Shown: positions 63,582 through 64,000 of the stretch, piece by piece
Numbering within the stretch: the first letter of the stretch is position 1
Layout: each line of letters starts with the position of its first letter
NCBI GenBank assembly: GCA_963774265.1
Contig: CAVZDU010000007.1
Coordinates: 1 to 64,000 of the forward strand
Direction of reading: 5' to 3'
DNA from: an uncultured Chloroflexia bacterium
GTDB lineage: Bacteria > Chloroflexota > Anaerolineae > CG2-30-64-16
DNA length: 64,000 bases
Translations under genes and position numbers: made by a program
The notes under the pieces: generated by a model
What the model saw: only the letters and a program-made list of their open reading frames with translations
The model's database searches: none
Told to the model about the DNA's origin: nothing

Positions 63582-64000
63582 ATGAGCAAAGTCAGGAAAG
63601 CAGGCTCGCAGCAGGACAAGAGCGGCATGACGGATGCACAACGTGATCTGGCCGGCCTGCTCAGCGGGTTGATGGGGGGACAGGCACCACAGAGTGGCTC
63701 GTCGCTCGGCTCACAAGGGACCGGGTTTCCGGCTGGTGGGGGCAGCAATGAGGTGTCTGATATGCTGGGCGGCTTGCTCGGCAACAGTGGGAGCCAGGTC
63801 AGTGGCGGCCCGAGCACATCATCGGGCGGAGTGGCCCAGCAGGATCCGGCGTCCGTTGGCATGGGTGGCGATGATCTTGCGGGGATGTTGGGCGGCCTGC
63901 TTGGCGGCGGTGGGATGAGCCAGCCGAGCGCGCCCCAGCAGACGTCCAGTGCGGGCGCTGACGACCTTACAGGTATGCTGGGCAGCCTGCTGGGCGGTGG
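63582..64000 (+). CDS. Gly/Ser-rich protein with repeated DLxGMLGGLLGG motifs (3'-truncated)
   Basis: GGGGAG RBS, ATG at 63582 and an open frame to the window end, with four motif copies. Confidence 0.7.
   Translation, partial: MSKVRKAGSQQDKSGMTDAQRDLAGLLSGLMGGQAPQSGSSLGSQGTGFPAGGGSNEVSDMLGGLLGNSGSQVSGGPSTSSGGVAQQDPASVGMGGDDLAGMLGGLLGGGGMSQPSAPQQTSSAGADDLTGMLGSLLGG

Overview
Almost all of the window (from ~753 onward) is core chromosome of a Chloroflexota bacterium, most likely Anaerolineae. It holds a 5'-truncated rpoB, rpoC, and the str/S10/spc/alpha ribosomal superoperon through truA-rplM-rpsI. After that come mog, a GHL10 hydrolase, two nested insertion sequences, an atypical Clp ATPase, a GAF-GAF-PP2C phosphatase, amrA and an ArcE/COG2403 enzyme. 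The rest is tatBC, nusB, fabGD, rpmF, coaD, recG, degV/DAK2, rpmB, rpe, proC, a serine hydrolase, guaA, xpt and a GT2. The first ~750 nt look actinobacterial (a TetR/WHG gene end plus a TTGTCCACA DnaA-box cluster) and abut the middle of rpoB, so this is probably a chimeric or concatenation junction. Many essential genes carry small frameshifts, best explained as long-read sequencing errors. The most interesting signals are: (1) an alpha-CTD-like domain inserted inside RNA polymerase beta', alongside other large lineage-specific insertions in beta and beta'; (2) a PP2C phosphatase whose first GAF has the AirS-type CxC-X17-C Fe-S motif; (3) a Clp/Hsp100 with a degenerate first ATPase ring; (4) a TatC with a fused TatA/B-like N-terminus; and (5) an IS481-like element with a triplicated C-terminal domain inserted inside a Mutator/IS256-like IS, with both target duplications intact. 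All family assignments come from motif recognition by eye, not database searches.
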